Positions 39,718 to 53,569 are shown, counted from the whole stretch's first letter. The stretch: DNA of 63,903 bases, filler included, from Octopus bimaculoides (GCF_001194135.2; 7 parts of 6 records of this genome joined end to end with filler, not necessarily neighbours in it), one strand, 5' to 3'. The notes: generated from the letters alone by a model not told the origin. A program made the numbers and translations.

Positions 39718-41000
39718 NNNNNNNNNNNNNNNNNNNNNNNNNNNNNNNNNNNNNNNNNNNNNNNNNNNNNNNNNNNNNNNNNNNNNNNNNNNNNNNNNNN
39801 NNNNNNNNNNNNNNNNNNNNNNNNNNNNNNNNNNNNNNNNNNNNNNNNNNNNNNNNNNNNNNNNNNNNNNNNNNNNNNNNNNNNNNNNNNNNNNNNNNNN
39901 NNNNNNNNNNNNNNNNNNNNNNNNNNNNNNNNNNNNNNCTAAGATTCCCTTTGAGTGAGTGGAGCTACAGCAGTGAAAGAGGCAGCGTTATGCTCGGTGT
40001 TGAGAGGTTAGAATATGATATGAACGAAGGGGATGGGACAATTTTCTTGCTCTAGAGGAGATGCATGGCTCCTCATACGATAGTGGGTGGGAGTATTCAG
40101 TGGAAAGAGTGATAAAAATGGGGGTGATGAGATGTTATATCAGACCCTGGGGCAGCAGAACAAGAAGAACCAGAAGTAATGGGTAGAGACTGCAAGAGTG
40201 TATGGAGGGAGTGAATGATGGTTGGAGATGAGATAGGGGTGCAAATATCCTGAATGAGGGATGAAGTTTGAGGTGGTGACATTGATAGGATGGCAGAAAG
40301 ACTGCTTTTTGCCTGATTAAGGAGAGGTGCAGTTAGTGATTTCTTACTGATAAGGGGCAGGACATACACAACAGCATAAGCTGTATGTTCTAGGTTCAAA
40401 TCCCATCCAGGTCATCTTTGTTTTTTTACTTACTTTATGGGGTTGGGGATGGTTATAGAAATAGAATATCAGTTTACAAATACTGGGCTCTGTATCGTCG
40501 CCACCACTACCATCATCATCATCATTTAATATCTGCTTTCCATGCTGGCATGGGTTGGATGGTTCAACAGGAGCTGGCAAGCCAGAGGGTTGCACCAAGA
40601 TCTACTGTCTGCTGTGGCATGGTGTCTACAGCTAGATGATGCCCCTTCTTAATACCAGCTACTTAACACAGTATAATGAGTGCTTTTATTAAATGAGGCA
40701 CCAGCACCGGTGAGGTTGCCAACTATCTTGCACGACGAGACCCCTCAGTTGAGTGGGGAATAGTATCTAAGAAGGTGGCTTTGTGCCAAATGGCGAGAGG
40801 TTAAAGTATGATGGAGGGACGGAAACAGATATGATTGACTAAAATTCACGAGATAGTATGATGGCTGACCCTGGGATAAGTAAATAGCAACAGGTGATAT
40901 ATATCTGTTAGCTCACCTCCCACACAGAATGTCACAAAGTTTGCTATTTATCAAAACTACCTGTTTGCTGTCTTCATAACTGCTTATTGAATCTGTACAC

Positions 41001-41060
<60 letters not shown>

Positions 41061-41202
41061 NNNNNNNNNNNNNNNNNNNNNNNNNNNNNNNNNNNNNNNN
41101 NNNNNNNNNNNNNNNNNNNNNNNNNNNNNNNNNNNNNNNNNNNNNNNNNNNNNNNNNNNNNNNNNNNNNNNNNNNNNNNNNNNNNNNNNNNNNNNNNNNN
41201 NN

Positions 41203-41255
<53 letters not shown>

Positions 41256-41536
41256 TTGTCTCTGCTCGCATGAATATGTTTGTGTACTTGTGTCTTCCTG
41301 CATGTGTCTGTGCTTGTCTATGTTGTTTGTGCCTGCTTGCACGCATTTATGTATGTGTGTATTTTCTGTCTACCTGCAAACATATATGTGTGTGTTTTTC
41401 TGCCTGCATTTGTGTATGTGCAGGTGAGTGTGTGTGCATGCACACATTTGTGCCTTTCTGTGTGTTTGTCTGTATGTGTTTGTGTCTGCATGTGTTTATG
41501 TCTGTATGTGTTTGTGTCTGCATGTGTAAATGAGTT

Positions 41537-41578
<42 letters not shown>

Positions 41579-41692
41579 TCTGTCCGTCTGTGCATCTACA
41601 TGGTCAGATGTCAAAGCTGTAGTTTGAGTATTCCTTTCATGATTTCCATAAAAGAACCATTTAAGTTGGTAAAGATTTATACTTCTAGCTTC

Positions 41693-41735
<43 letters not shown>

Positions 41736-43176
41736 TACACTCAAACACATGTACACACAGACGCATAGACATGCATACAAATATAAGCAGATACGTAGAT
41801 GCACACACATATACACAAATATACTTACACTGACTTGTGCATGTGTATGTATATACATACATGTGCAGAAATGCACACACATGCACACACATGCACTCGT
41901 GTATATATATATATATATATATATATACCACAGACAGACATATTACTTACACAGACATGCATACATGTACACATGAAGTCACAAACACACATGTTCATGC
42001 ATATATATATATTTGGATGTGTGTGTATATGCAGATACACATAAACACACTTGCTCATACATATGTATATATAGACCTGTGCACACACACACATGCACAC
42101 ACATACACAGATGTACATATATACACATTATCACAGACTAGAAGTAATGCTACCCAGTGGTATTATATGCTCGTTAAAACACCTGTTGTTACCTGCAGCT
42201 TGGTTAATGAGATTGTGAAAGAGTTGCACTGAATGATGACATGTTGAATAGTTTCTATTGATTGGCTTCTCACCTGTGTGTGTGTGTGTGTGTGTATGTG
42301 TGTGTGTGTGTGTGTGTGATGATCTAAATAACTCTGTATGTAATATGTATTTATGTAGATAATTGTATGTATGTTTGGGTAGCTGCCAGTGTGTGTGTGG
42401 GAGGGATGTAGATAACTCTGTGTGTATGTGTGTGTATGTTTATGTGTATGTATGTATATATGTGTGTATATATATGTATAAGTGTGTAGGTGTATATGTG
42501 TGTGTGTGTAGATGTGTGCTCATGACAAGCATGTGTATATATATGTGTATACGTGTGTGTGCATGACATGTAGATGCCCACGTGTGTGTGTATGTATATG
42601 TGTGTGTAGATAACTATGTATGTCTGAGTAGATACCTTGTATGGGCAGATAACTGTGTAGTATAAATAAATCTGTGTGTGTATCTATCTATCTATCTATT
42701 TATGCATATATACATATATTTATATATATATATATTTATATATGAGTGGGTAGATACCTTTGTGTGTATGTGTGTGCCTGTAGCTATAAGTATGTGTGAG
42801 TAGACAGTCGTGTGTCTCTGTGTGTGGTGGGGGTAAATACCTGTGTGTGTGTGGGGGGGAGTAGATAACTGTTTATTAAGAGGGTGAGTGTATACCAATC
42901 TGTGTGTATATGTGTAATGTGAGAGTAGGGTTTGGTAACTGTACATATGTGTGGGTAGTTACCTGTGTGGTAGGGTAGTAGACAACTCTATAAGAGTGTG
43001 TGTGTGAGAACATCACCATCATTTAGTGTTTGTCTTAACAGTTTGACTCAGCTGTATGACTCTATGAAACTGAGTCAAACTGTTTTTGAATAATATACCA
43101 GCTCCTACCCAATGTGTTGAGTTCCGCTTTGTTTTGTTTGTTCACTCATATAAGTGTGTCTGTGTATTTATGTATG

Positions 43177-43223
<47 letters not shown>

Positions 43224-43486
43224 NNNNNNNNNNNNNNNNNNNNNNNNNNNNNNNNNNNNNNNNNNNNNNNNNNNNNNNNNNNNNNNNNNNNNNNNNNNNN
43301 NNNNNNNNNNNNNNNNNNNNNNNNNNNNNNNNNNNNNNNNNNNNNNNNNNNNNNNNNNNNNNNNNNNNNNNNNNNNNNNNNNNNNNNNNNNNNNNNNNNN
43401 NNNNNNNNNNNNNNNNNNNNNNNNNNNNNNNNNNNNNNNNNNNNNNNNNNNNNNNNNNNNNNNNNNNNNNNNNNNNNNNNNNNNNA

Positions 43487-43830
43487 TCATCATCATCATC
43501 GTTTAACGTCCGCTTTCCATGCTAGCATGGGTTGGACGATTTGACTGAGGACTGGTGAACCAGATGGCTACACCAGGCTCCAATCTGATTTGGCAGAGTT
43601 TCTACAGCTGGATGCCCTTTCTAACGCCAACCACTCTGAGAGTGTAGTGGGTGCTTTTACGTGCCACCGGCATGAAGGCCAGTCAGGCGGTACTGGCAAC
43701 GGCCACACTCAAAATGGTGTATTTTACGTGCCACCTGCACAGGAGCCAGTCCAGCAGCACTGGCAATGATCACGCTCGAATGTTTTTACACGTGCCACCG
43801 GCACAAGTGCCAGGAAGGCGACGCTGGGCA
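43487..43830 (-). mobile_element. RTE-tail-related SINE-like element with (GAT)n tail (other copies ~38380-38530, 40508-40740, 47260-47560, 49770-50140, 55150-55260)
   Basis: The 3' end (gttaggaagggcatccagctgtagaaac..ccaacccatgctagcatggaaagcggacgttaaacgatgatg) is shared with the RTE LINE end at 50347-50910. Confidence 0.8.
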
Positions 43831-44120
43831 TATATATATACCCTCTAAGATGGTTGCACGTAATTTGATTTGAGGGAGATTTGGCTGCTATATCTAGCTG
43901 CTCATGTGACTGCATAGGTGCACTAGCAGTGGTGGTGGGGATCATTCAAGGAATTGCATCAGAATATTTTTTTTCTGTCATGCTCATTGTTGTGTTAATT
44001 AACAATTAGTGATTCTCTATGTGCAGCTGTTGTTGCAGTTTAGCTTAATTAGAATCTTTTGTCTTCATTTATTCGCTGCCAAAATATAATTAATGAATGA
44101 CGAATCCATACTTGTGCATA

Positions 44121-44151
<31 letters not shown>

Positions 44152-44224
44152 GCCCATGGTCAGTACTGATTGAGCAGACATTCCAACTGTGACAACTTGT
44201 TCTTTTGGGCGTAACTGAAACAAT

Positions 44225-44610
44225 CTTTTATCTTTTACTTGTATCACTCATTGGACTGCAGCCATGCTGGGGCACCACCTGGAGGGATTTTAGTTGAAGA
44301 AATTTTTGACCCCTAGTACTTATTTTCTTTGAGTTTGGTTCTTATGCTATCAGTGTCTCTTACCAAACTGCTAAGTCATGTAAAGAAACCAACACTAGTT
44401 GTGAAGTGGTGGTAAGGAAGCAAAGACACAAACACACACACACACATATTGGACTTCTTTCAATTCTCATCTACCAAATTCACTCACAAGGCTTTGGTCA
44501 GCCTAGGGCTATTGTAGAAGACGCTAGCATGGAAAGCGGACGTTAAACAAAACTAGCCCAAGGTGCCACACAAAGAGACCGAACCCATGATCACATGGTT
44601 AGGAAGTAAG
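44225..44610 (-). mobile_element. SINE family A, CpG-decayed copy
   Basis: Aligns to 994-1408 with CG changed to TG/CA (caccgc>caccac, gtcgaa>gttgaa, atcggt>atcagt, ccgaaccgc>ccaaactgc). Confidence 0.75.
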
Positions 44611-45114
44611 CTTCCCTTTTTCTAAGATGATAGACTGTGATTTAAGTGATTTTTGGCTGCTGTTTCTAGCACTTTGAGTAACTGCATCATTGTCTTTGGT
44701 TTACATAAATTAAATTTTATACATTTTACAAATGATAGTTAAATAACAACAACTAGGGTTTCATAGACTTGTGAGGTGCAGGACAACCTCACTAGTGCTG
44801 GTGCCATAAAAAAAGCACCCAGTACACACTGTAAAATGGATGGCATTAGGAAGGGCATCCAGCTGTAGAAATTATGCCTGTCAAACCACATCTAACCTCT
44901 GCTGGATATTAAATGATGATAATGCACTAAAACTTCAACTCCAATGTTGCCTTAATATCTGCCATCCTTACTACTAGATCTAAGTTCCTTTTTACTCACT
45001 CCCAATTCTACCACATCTACCCCTTCTTCCATCTCACCTCTGTCATCTACCCTGCCAGTGTCTCCATCTACCTCCAATTCTCCCATCAGCTCCCAGTTCC
45101 TTTATAGATATTAG

Positions 45115-45290
45115 TCCTAAGATTATGGGTACTGCCTTCAAGGTGATGGTTATTGCCCCTAACATAATGGACTCTGCCTCTTAGCTCCCCTGAGGTGATG
45201 GCCATTGCCTCCTAGAGTGATGATGGTCACTGCCCCTAATACAATAAGCACTGCTCCTAATATGATGGGCACTGCGCCTAACAATTGATG
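45115..45290. repeat. Degenerate 21-bp minisatellite, array 1
   Basis: Consensus approximately taagatgatgggcactgcccc. Confidence 0.75.
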
Positions 45291-45519
45291 TTAAATTTTT
45301 TTCCTTTCTCTATTTAAGAGGGAAATCTAAATTATATGCCCACCAGTTCCCCTTTATTTGTAAATTATGTAATATTTTTTTCCTGGTTTTTATGGAAAGA
45401 CTTTTGGGTTAAAATATGAATGCTTGGTCAACAGCTGGTCAAACATGGTTACAGTTTTCAAAAGAAACCTCCTCTCTTCTTGCTCCTCCACTTACCCATC
45501 TCTTCCTTTTTTTATGTAT

Positions 45520-45561
<42 letters not shown>

Positions 45562-45947
45562 ATATATATACACAAATTTCAGGTCTAATATTAAATATAT
45601 TTGTTTACACAAAAATTATTCTTTCTTCACTGTGTAGTGTTAAGCATAAATTTATTTTGTTTGTCTTTTGTCCAAGCAAACACTACCTTCTGAATATAAT
45701 GGATTTTTTTATAATTTACAAAGCATATGTGACCGTCTGAGAGATCATATGATTTTACTTTGTTAGAGTTCATGGTGTTATATTCAATTGAATCTTCCTC
45801 TAGGATGTCCTACACAACCATGAATAGAATCTATTTTCATTTCAGTCTGTAGCGGTATGAGTCTCTTGTTTAAGGGTGCAAGCACACAATAAAATTTCAA
45901 TAGATAAGATCTAGACCTATAGCCCTGTAGGTCAATCATTTATCACC

Positions 45948-46171
45948 TTAACTCTTTAGCTTTCAGATTGCTCTATCAAATATAATATTTATTCACATTG
46001 TTTTGAATTAATCATGCATTATCTTGCAGCTTTGAGATTTTGTTAGTGCGATTGTTTATTTTCAGAATGACATTGTTGGGTAGGTATCAGAGACCAGATC
46101 TAGCTGGTTTGAACATAAAGCAAGCTGAATATTTGGGCCGTACATGGCTAGTTAAAAGGCTAAAGGGCTAA
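45948..46171. mobile_element. MITE with TTAA-type termini (partial copy ~33965-34034)
   Basis: TTAACTCTTTAGC...GCTAAAGGGCTAA imperfect TIRs. Confidence 0.65.
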
Positions 46172-46174
46172 GGA

Positions 46175-46545
46175 ATGGATACTGCCCCCTAGATCATGGG
46201 CACAGTCCTTAAGGTCTTAGACACTGTCCCTTATGCGATCGGCACCATCTCCTATTGCATGGACACTGTCCCTAAAGTAATGAGTATTATTCCTAAGATT
46301 ATGGAAACTGCCCTTTAGCTCATGAATACTATTTCAAAGGTGATGGTCACTGCCTCTAACATGATGGGCACTGCTTCTTAGCTTATGGCCACTAACCCCA
46401 CAGTAATGCATACTACCCCTAAGATGATGCTCACTGCCCCTAAGATGATGGTCACTTCCCCTTATCTCACTGGAGTAATAGATATTGATTGCCCTTAAGG
46501 AGATGGACATTGTTTCCAAGGTGATTAACACTGTCCCTAACTAAT
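46175..46545. repeat. Degenerate 21-bp minisatellite, array 2
   Basis: Same unit as 45115-45290; the minus strand reads as RGSDHHL heptad repeats. Confidence 0.8.
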
Positions 46546-47176
46546 TGGTATTGAGATTTACTCTCTCTTTTACTCTTTTACTTGTTTCAGTCATTTGACT
46601 GTGGCCATGCTGGAGCACCACCTTTAAAAATTTTTTTTCTAATCATAAGAAACAGTTAATATTTTGTGTATGACATTCAGTAGATCATCCTTGAATTAAA
46701 AAGAAAAAAAAGTAGCTAGACATTTAAGCATATAATGGAAGTCATTGGCCATCGTCAGTCTGTGGGTTCAGGGGTTTGTGTACACACAGCTGCTGTCACA
46801 ACATTTATCTAACCTACTGAAACCTTCCACAACCACTTCTACACCTCCACTGACCTTTGCACCACACCACAATGACAGGACATCTAGGTTGATGTCAGTT
46901 TAAGTGGATCAAAGTAGGTAGTTTTTATTTGAGACAGGTATCGGGAAGTGGGGATGGGTAGGGGGGAGAGGAGAGAAGAGAGAAGTAAAGGTTGTTTTCT
47001 TTTATGGAGTTTACTGTTTTACTTGTTTCAGTCACTGGACTGCGGCCATGCTGGGGCACTGTATATGGGGTTGAGTCCTTGAAATCATGCTTATTTTGAA
47101 TTCTAGTATTTACTGTCGATCCCTCTTTGGCAAAGTTACAGTGGCATAAACAAACACCACCTGTTATCAAGCAGTG

Positions 47177-47214
<38 letters not shown>

Positions 47215-47569
47215 CGGGACCAGTAGATGTGGTGATTTGCTGTACTTGATAAGACATGTCAAGCTAAGTAAAATCATTATCTTCCACACATACAGGCTTG
47301 TGCTTGTGGGTGCTGGTACCACTTGAGAAGCACCAGTGCTGCATTAATGCACCCATACTGGTGCTGTGTAAATGCACCCGTACCAGTGGCACGTGAAAAG
47401 CACCCAACACACTCTGCTTAGTGGTTGGTATTAGGAAGGGCATCCAACTGTGGAAACCATGCCACAACAGCCAGTTGGAGTCTGGCCAACTCCATGTCAA
47501 TCTGTCCAACCCATGCCAGCATGGAGAGTGGACATTAAACGATGATGATGATGATGAACATACATGTTG

Positions 47570-47959
47570 TTGTTGTTGTTGTTGGCACTCCGTCGCTTAT
47601 GATGTCGAGGGTTCCAGTTGATCCAATCAACAGAACAGCCTGCTTGCGAAATTAACGTGCAAGTGGCTGAGAAGTTCACAGACACATGTACCCTTAACGT
47701 AGTTCTCGGGGATATTCAGCGTGACACAGTGTGTGACAAGGCTGACCCTTTGAATTACAAGCACAACAGAAACAGGAAGAGTGAGAGAAAGTTGTGGTGA
47801 AAGAGTACAGCAGGGTTCGTCACCATCCCCTGCCGGAGCCTCGTGGAGCTTTAGGTGTTTTCGCTCAATAAACACTCACAACGCCCTGTCTAGGAATCAA
47901 AACCGCGATCCTATGACCTCGAGTCCGCTGCCCTAACCACTGGGCCATTGTGCCCCCAC
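47570..47959 (-). mobile_element. SINE family B, mostly CpG-intact copy
   Basis: Near-full-length match to 30696-31012. Confidence 0.85.
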
Positions 47960-48347
47960 TATGAACATACATACATACATACCTACGTTCATACATATTT
48001 GTGTGTGAGTATATGCCAGGTCGCCATGAATTTCTTTCTGAACATTAAACATGTTACTGCTGCATCTCACCCTATCATACTCTAAGTTTTCAACACTGCA
48101 CTTAAAGTGACCACCCTGTCTCCTATCCTTCCTAAGTTGACAAAAATCCTTAATCTTGCAAATTACTAGGTGACCTCATTGGTGTTGGTGTCATGAAAAA
48201 AATGACTCTGTAAAAGGCACCCTGTGAAGTGGTTAGCATTGGGAAGGGGCACCTAGCTTTAGAAGCTAGGCCCTTCTAGTCCTTTAGTTTCTGTTAAAAT
48301 GTCCAATCCATGCCAGTACTGAAAGCCAGTGTAAAATGAAATATATA

Positions 48348-48863
48348 CAGCAATACCTCACTTTACGAGGACTCGCTTTACAAGACCCTGGGTTTACAAG
48401 TTTTGTTTTTCAAGCACAAAATCCAAATTTTGAATGAAGAGCAAAAGTTTCTGCTATCATAACAAATGCTTCTGTGTTACCATGAAATTTATAGAGAGCA
48501 TAAAAAAAGCATCTTAGCAAACAACTCCAGACTTGTTTTTGAAAAAGAAATCTACAAGTCTATCTACAAGTGCTTGTGAATTGGCAATCACATCTACAAG
48601 TGATGGTGTGCACAAGTCTCGTGCGAGTGAATGTGCATTAGAAAATTATCATAATAATAATATTTTTTTGTTAGAAATGATCTCGACTTTCTTTTTACTT
48701 TACATTCCACTGTTGTTTTATTGCCATTTATTTACGAATATTATAAATCGTATAAGTAAAATATTTTTCTGGGAACGAATTACAATTATTGCTCTGCTTT
48801 ACGAGTTTTCGTTTTACCAGCAGTCTCTGGGAATAAATTAACTCATATATTGAGGCATTATTG
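48348..48863. mobile_element. Tigger/pogo-like MITE
   Basis: TA|CAGCAATACCTCACTTTACGAG...CTCATATATTGAGGCATTATTG|TA: imperfect TIRs with TA flanks. Confidence 0.7.
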
Positions 48864-48978
48864 TACATACACACGCACACACACAAGCACATGTATACAT
48901 GCATGTATAAACGCATGCGCGCGCACACACACACACACACACACTCTCTCTTTCTCTCTCTCTCTCTCGCTTTCTTTC

Positions 48979-49009
<31 letters not shown>

Positions 49010-49032
49010 CTCTCTCTCTCTCNNNNNNNNNN

Positions 49033-49068
<36 letters not shown>

Positions 49069-50346
49069 CACAAACACCTCAGGCTTTCCATCTATCAATT
49101 TCACTCATAAGGCATTGGTCAGTCTCTAATACATCAAATTCACTGACCCCACAGACTGATGGCCAATGACTTTCATTATATGCTTAAATGTCTAGCTGCC
49201 TTTTTTTTTTCTTTAAATTTAAAACGGTGATCTTCTGAATGTCACACACAGCACTGGTCACTTTCTTAAATGTCTGGGCAATGGAATTGACCTCAAAACC
49301 ATTTGGTTGCCATGTGTACTTCTTAATCATTAGAGCCATGCCTGCAACTATGAAATAAATAAATAAATAAATAAATAACAAAGCAGACTTGTTTATATAT
49401 TTTTTTAAATGGTTTTACAGAGAATTGAATTAAATTTAGATTTTGTTTCCAACTTTGACACCTTCCAACTTCCTTTTAAATTAGTTTAGTTGTCACAGAC
49501 AATGGTAGCAGCAGACACATTTCTAAGTCAACCGTTTATTTACATTCTGATAGTTCTTCACTTTTGTGGTTATTATTAAACATTCTTGTTCACAGTATCA
49601 AAACCTTCCTAAGTACATCCTTTTGCAACACTTAAAGCCATTATACACACACACACACATGAATGCATGCACATATGCGTGCACACATGCATGCACATAT
49701 GTGTGCACACATGCATGCACACACAGAGATTTTATATATATTCTTTTATTTCTTCATTGTTCATTATCATCATCATCATTTTAATGTCCAGTTTTCCATG
49801 CTTGCATGGTTCAGATAGAATTCACTGACGCAGATTTTCTATGGCTGGATGCCCTTCCTGTTGCCAACTCTCGCCTGTTTCCTAGGCAGGTAACATTTCC
49901 CCCCTGGTCAGACATGTTTTCCATGGAAGATTGGAAATTAATGACATTACTCAACTGATAGTGACATTCATTTGCAACCAATCTTACAGTGTCAAGACAA
50001 GGACACACTTCCGTGTGTGCACATACATCATCATCATCATCATCAACATCGTTTAATGTCTGTTTTCCATGCTGAGGTGGGTTGGACAGTCTGAGAGGAA
50101 ACAGCAAAGCCAGTGGGTTGCACTAGGCTCCATTGTCTACACCCTTCATTTCACATTGCTCCAGTCCACTCAGTTGTTGATAGGTAACCCTGCAACAGAT
50201 TGGAATTCTCTTCAGTAGCAAGTGTTGGCCTGCCTGCCTGCCTAGCTAGTAGGATGGCATCATTCAAAAACTACAACTGTGTAAGGCAAAGTATTGTGAC
50301 TGGTTGATACAATGATATCTTGATGTGAATTTAGTGTGCAGTGTAG

Positions 50347-50910
50347 TGCAGTACCATCATCATCATCATCATCAACATCAACATCAACATCTAACATTTG
50401 TTTTCCATGCTGGCATGGGTTGGACAGCTTGACAGGAACTGGTAAGGCCAGGGGCCACACCAAGTTCCAAAGTCTGTTTTGGCATGGTTTCTACAGCTGG
50501 ATGCCCTTCCTAATGCCAACCATTTTACAGAATGTACTGGGTGCTTTTTACATGGCACCTTGGTTTTAGGATTTCTGGCGGGTGGGTCTTTTTGAGTACA
50601 GCAATGTGCCGCATTTCTTGGTCCTCTCTCATCTTTGTAATGTTCGGTGTTTTGAGATTGGCCTTGACTACTTTGTCCCATGTCTTCTTGGGTCTCCTTC
50701 TTCCACAACTGCCTTTCACTTTAAACCATCGGCACTTCTTTGTGCAGTTGTCCTCATCCTTCCACATCACATGACCAAACCAGGCACAGTCTGCTCTCTT
50801 GCAGACTACATTTAATTCCTCTTATGTCCAACTTCTCTCTCAGAACACTAGTGCTCTGTTGCACATGCACACTGACTTCACACATCCAGCGGAGCATACT
50901 AGCTTCATTC
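50347..50910 (-). mobile_element. RTE-clade LINE 3' end (ORF2 C-terminus, 3' UTR, (GAT)n tail)
   Basis: WFGHVMWKDEDNCTKKCRWFKVKGSCGRRRPKKTWDKVV matches the RTE WxGHVxR..GxRxRGRPxxxW motif. Confidence 0.88.
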
Positions 50911-50999
50911 CTCTCCAACCTTAAAATAATCTGATCTGGGTTTGGTTAGGTTTAGGGTAAGAGTCTAGGGTTAAGTCTAGAATGTATGCTGAAGTGGCA

Positions 51000-51580
51000 C
51001 CACGAAATCGAAATCGAACTAAATTTGTAGACTGGCACCCATGCCAACGTCTCTTCATTCAACACTAAACTCGGCTTGCGAAGACCTGTTGGGGCAAGGG
51101 AAAGCGAAATCATGATGGCACCTGTACCAGTAGATCACTAAGAGCACCGTCCGAGCGTGATTGTTGCCAGAGCACCAGCTGTCTGGCTTCCATGCTGGGG
51201 GCATGTAAATAGCACCATTTGAGTGTGATTGTTACCAACGTCGCCCTCCTGGCACTTGTGCCAGTGGCATGTGAAAAGACATTCAAGTGAGTTCGTTGCC
51301 AGTACCGCTGGACTGGCTCCTGTGCAGGTGGCACGTAAAATACACCATTTTGAGCATGGCCATTGCCAGTACCGCCTGACTGGCCTTTGTGCCGATGGCA
51401 CGTAAAAGCACCCACTACACTCTCGGAGTGGTTGGCGTTAGGAACGGCATCCAGCTGTAGAAACTCTGCCAAATCAGATTGGAGCCTGGTGTAGCCATCT
51501 GGTTTACCAGTCTTCAGTCAAATCGTCCAACCCATGCTAGCATGGAAAGCGGATGTTAAACAATGATGATGCTGATGATA
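51000..51580 (+). mobile_element. Long RTE-tail-related SINE-like element with internal ~60-bp subrepeats
   Basis: Internal gtgcc..ggcac(g/a)t(a/g)aaa subrepeats; ends in GATGAT; homologous to 43487-43830 and 56600-57870. Confidence 0.8.
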
Positions 51581-52171
51581 AACATAGCTGATAAACTAGT
51601 GCTCCCCGAACAAAGGGTTTTGCACTGGATTATGGGCATTTCCCCATGTCATTTTTGTCTTCAGAAATTTAGTGATACCTTGATTTGCCCGTCAGGAATC
51701 AGTAACCATCTTTGCAATCTTTAGCAAATTGTGAAATAACGAAAAGAAAAACTTTAGCAAATTTGAAATAACGAAAAGAAAAACTAAATAAATGTAAAAT
51801 ACAAAATAAAGAAAAGATATTTAAGAACTTTGTCTTAGACAGATTCTTTAAATCTTTTGAGAAACAAGAAAATGTCAAATTCTTCCAATGTTCTTTGAAA
51901 TGGACTTAGTCTATTCTGCCATGTTCTTCCTTTGAAGAATTGGGTGTGGGTAGCAATTGTTGCTTTTACAGTTGAATGGTTTTTTCTTCTGCTGTTCTCT
52001 CAACCAGGCATATAATTGTGTGTATGTGTTGTACTGTGCATGTTTGTATATGCAAGTGTAGCATGTATGTTGAAGAGTATGTGGAGATGTATGTGCATAT
52101 GTAATATGTATTGATGTATGTATATATGCATGAGTGTATGTATGTATGTGTGTATAGTGCATAATGTGTAT

Positions 52172-52212
<41 letters not shown>

Positions 52213-52222
52213 NNNNNNNNNN

Positions 52223-52264
<42 letters not shown>

Positions 52265-53515
52265 ATATGTGTTTGTGTGTGTGTATATAAATTTTCTTTT
52301 ATTCTTTTACTTGTTTCATTCATTTGACTGCAGCCATGCTGAGTACCGTATGTATGTATGTATGTGTGTGTGTATGCATGTGTGCGTGCGTGTGTGTGTG
52401 TATGTATGTAACTAACCCATGCCAGCATGGAAAATGGATGTTAATTGATAATGATGATGATATATAGCTTGCTTACCAACCACATGGTTCTGGGTTCAGC
52501 CCTACTGTGTGGCACCTTGGGCAAGTGTCTTCTGCTATAGTCTCGGGCTGAGTGGATTTGGTAGACGGAAACTGAAAGAAGCCTATCTTATATGTATATA
52601 TATATGTATATNNNNNNNNNNNNNNNNNNNNNNNNNNNNNNNNNNNNNNNNNNNNTTAATTAATTAANNNNNNNNNNNNNNNNNNNNNNNNNNNNNNNNN
52701 NNNNNNNNNNNCACCACCAATAGGGGCCTTCATTCCCACATTTTAGAGCTCCATGAGCTCCATTTTGCAGGAGCAAAATCTTTTTTACAGGTTCCAGAAG
52801 ACTGAAATTTTGGAATATGCGCATAAAGATCAATAGTATGGGATACATGTCTCATGATTAGAATTTTTTTAGGGTGTGTAAAGAGGGAAAGAACCCTCTT
52901 GTGCAATTTTGATGAAATTCGAATCATATGTATTCCAGTTCCTTACAGAAAATATAACAGAAAAGTCTCATTTTTCAATTGCATGTAACACGGGCAACAC
53001 CGGGTATCTCTGCTAGTAGTCAATAAAAAGGGAACTACTATGGCTGCTCATAAAATCAATGCATACTTATGTCATTTGTCAAATTAATGTATTCCTGTGT
53101 GGCAAGAGCTGAAATGGAATGTGAATCCTAGGCCTCAAATGTTGAGTTTGAGTCAAAATTTCAAGAAATGAACTAATTCCTAAGTAAACATATTTCTAAA
53201 AAAAAAATGCAATAAATTGGGCTACATAAGTCTTCCAGGGCCCAAAATTTGAATGGAATCATATTAGGAATGTAGTTTATTCCCTTTTGCTGTTTTAACA
53301 ATGTATGGAGATTGACATCTGAATTTTACCTAGCGGAAATTCTTGTACATGTAGATTTTGTTTTTCTTTGAGTCAAGTTTTCCCAATAAAAATTATGTTG
53401 TTCAATGAATATTATTTTGTAGACTATTATCGTCCAATGGGATGTTGTTTTTTCCTGCTTTTAAATACAGTCAGATAATTTGTGGTAGTGATTTCTTTTT
53501 CACAAGCAATGTTGA

Positions 53516-53569
<54 letters not shown>

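Noticed and set aside
51040-51110. Possible HDV-like ribozyme in the RTE-related element (GCTTGC/GCAAG hairpin followed by GAAA)
   Set aside because: A P4-like hairpin exists, but no consistent P1/P2/P3 nested pseudoknot could be assigned by eye; an RNArobo/Infernal search would be needed.
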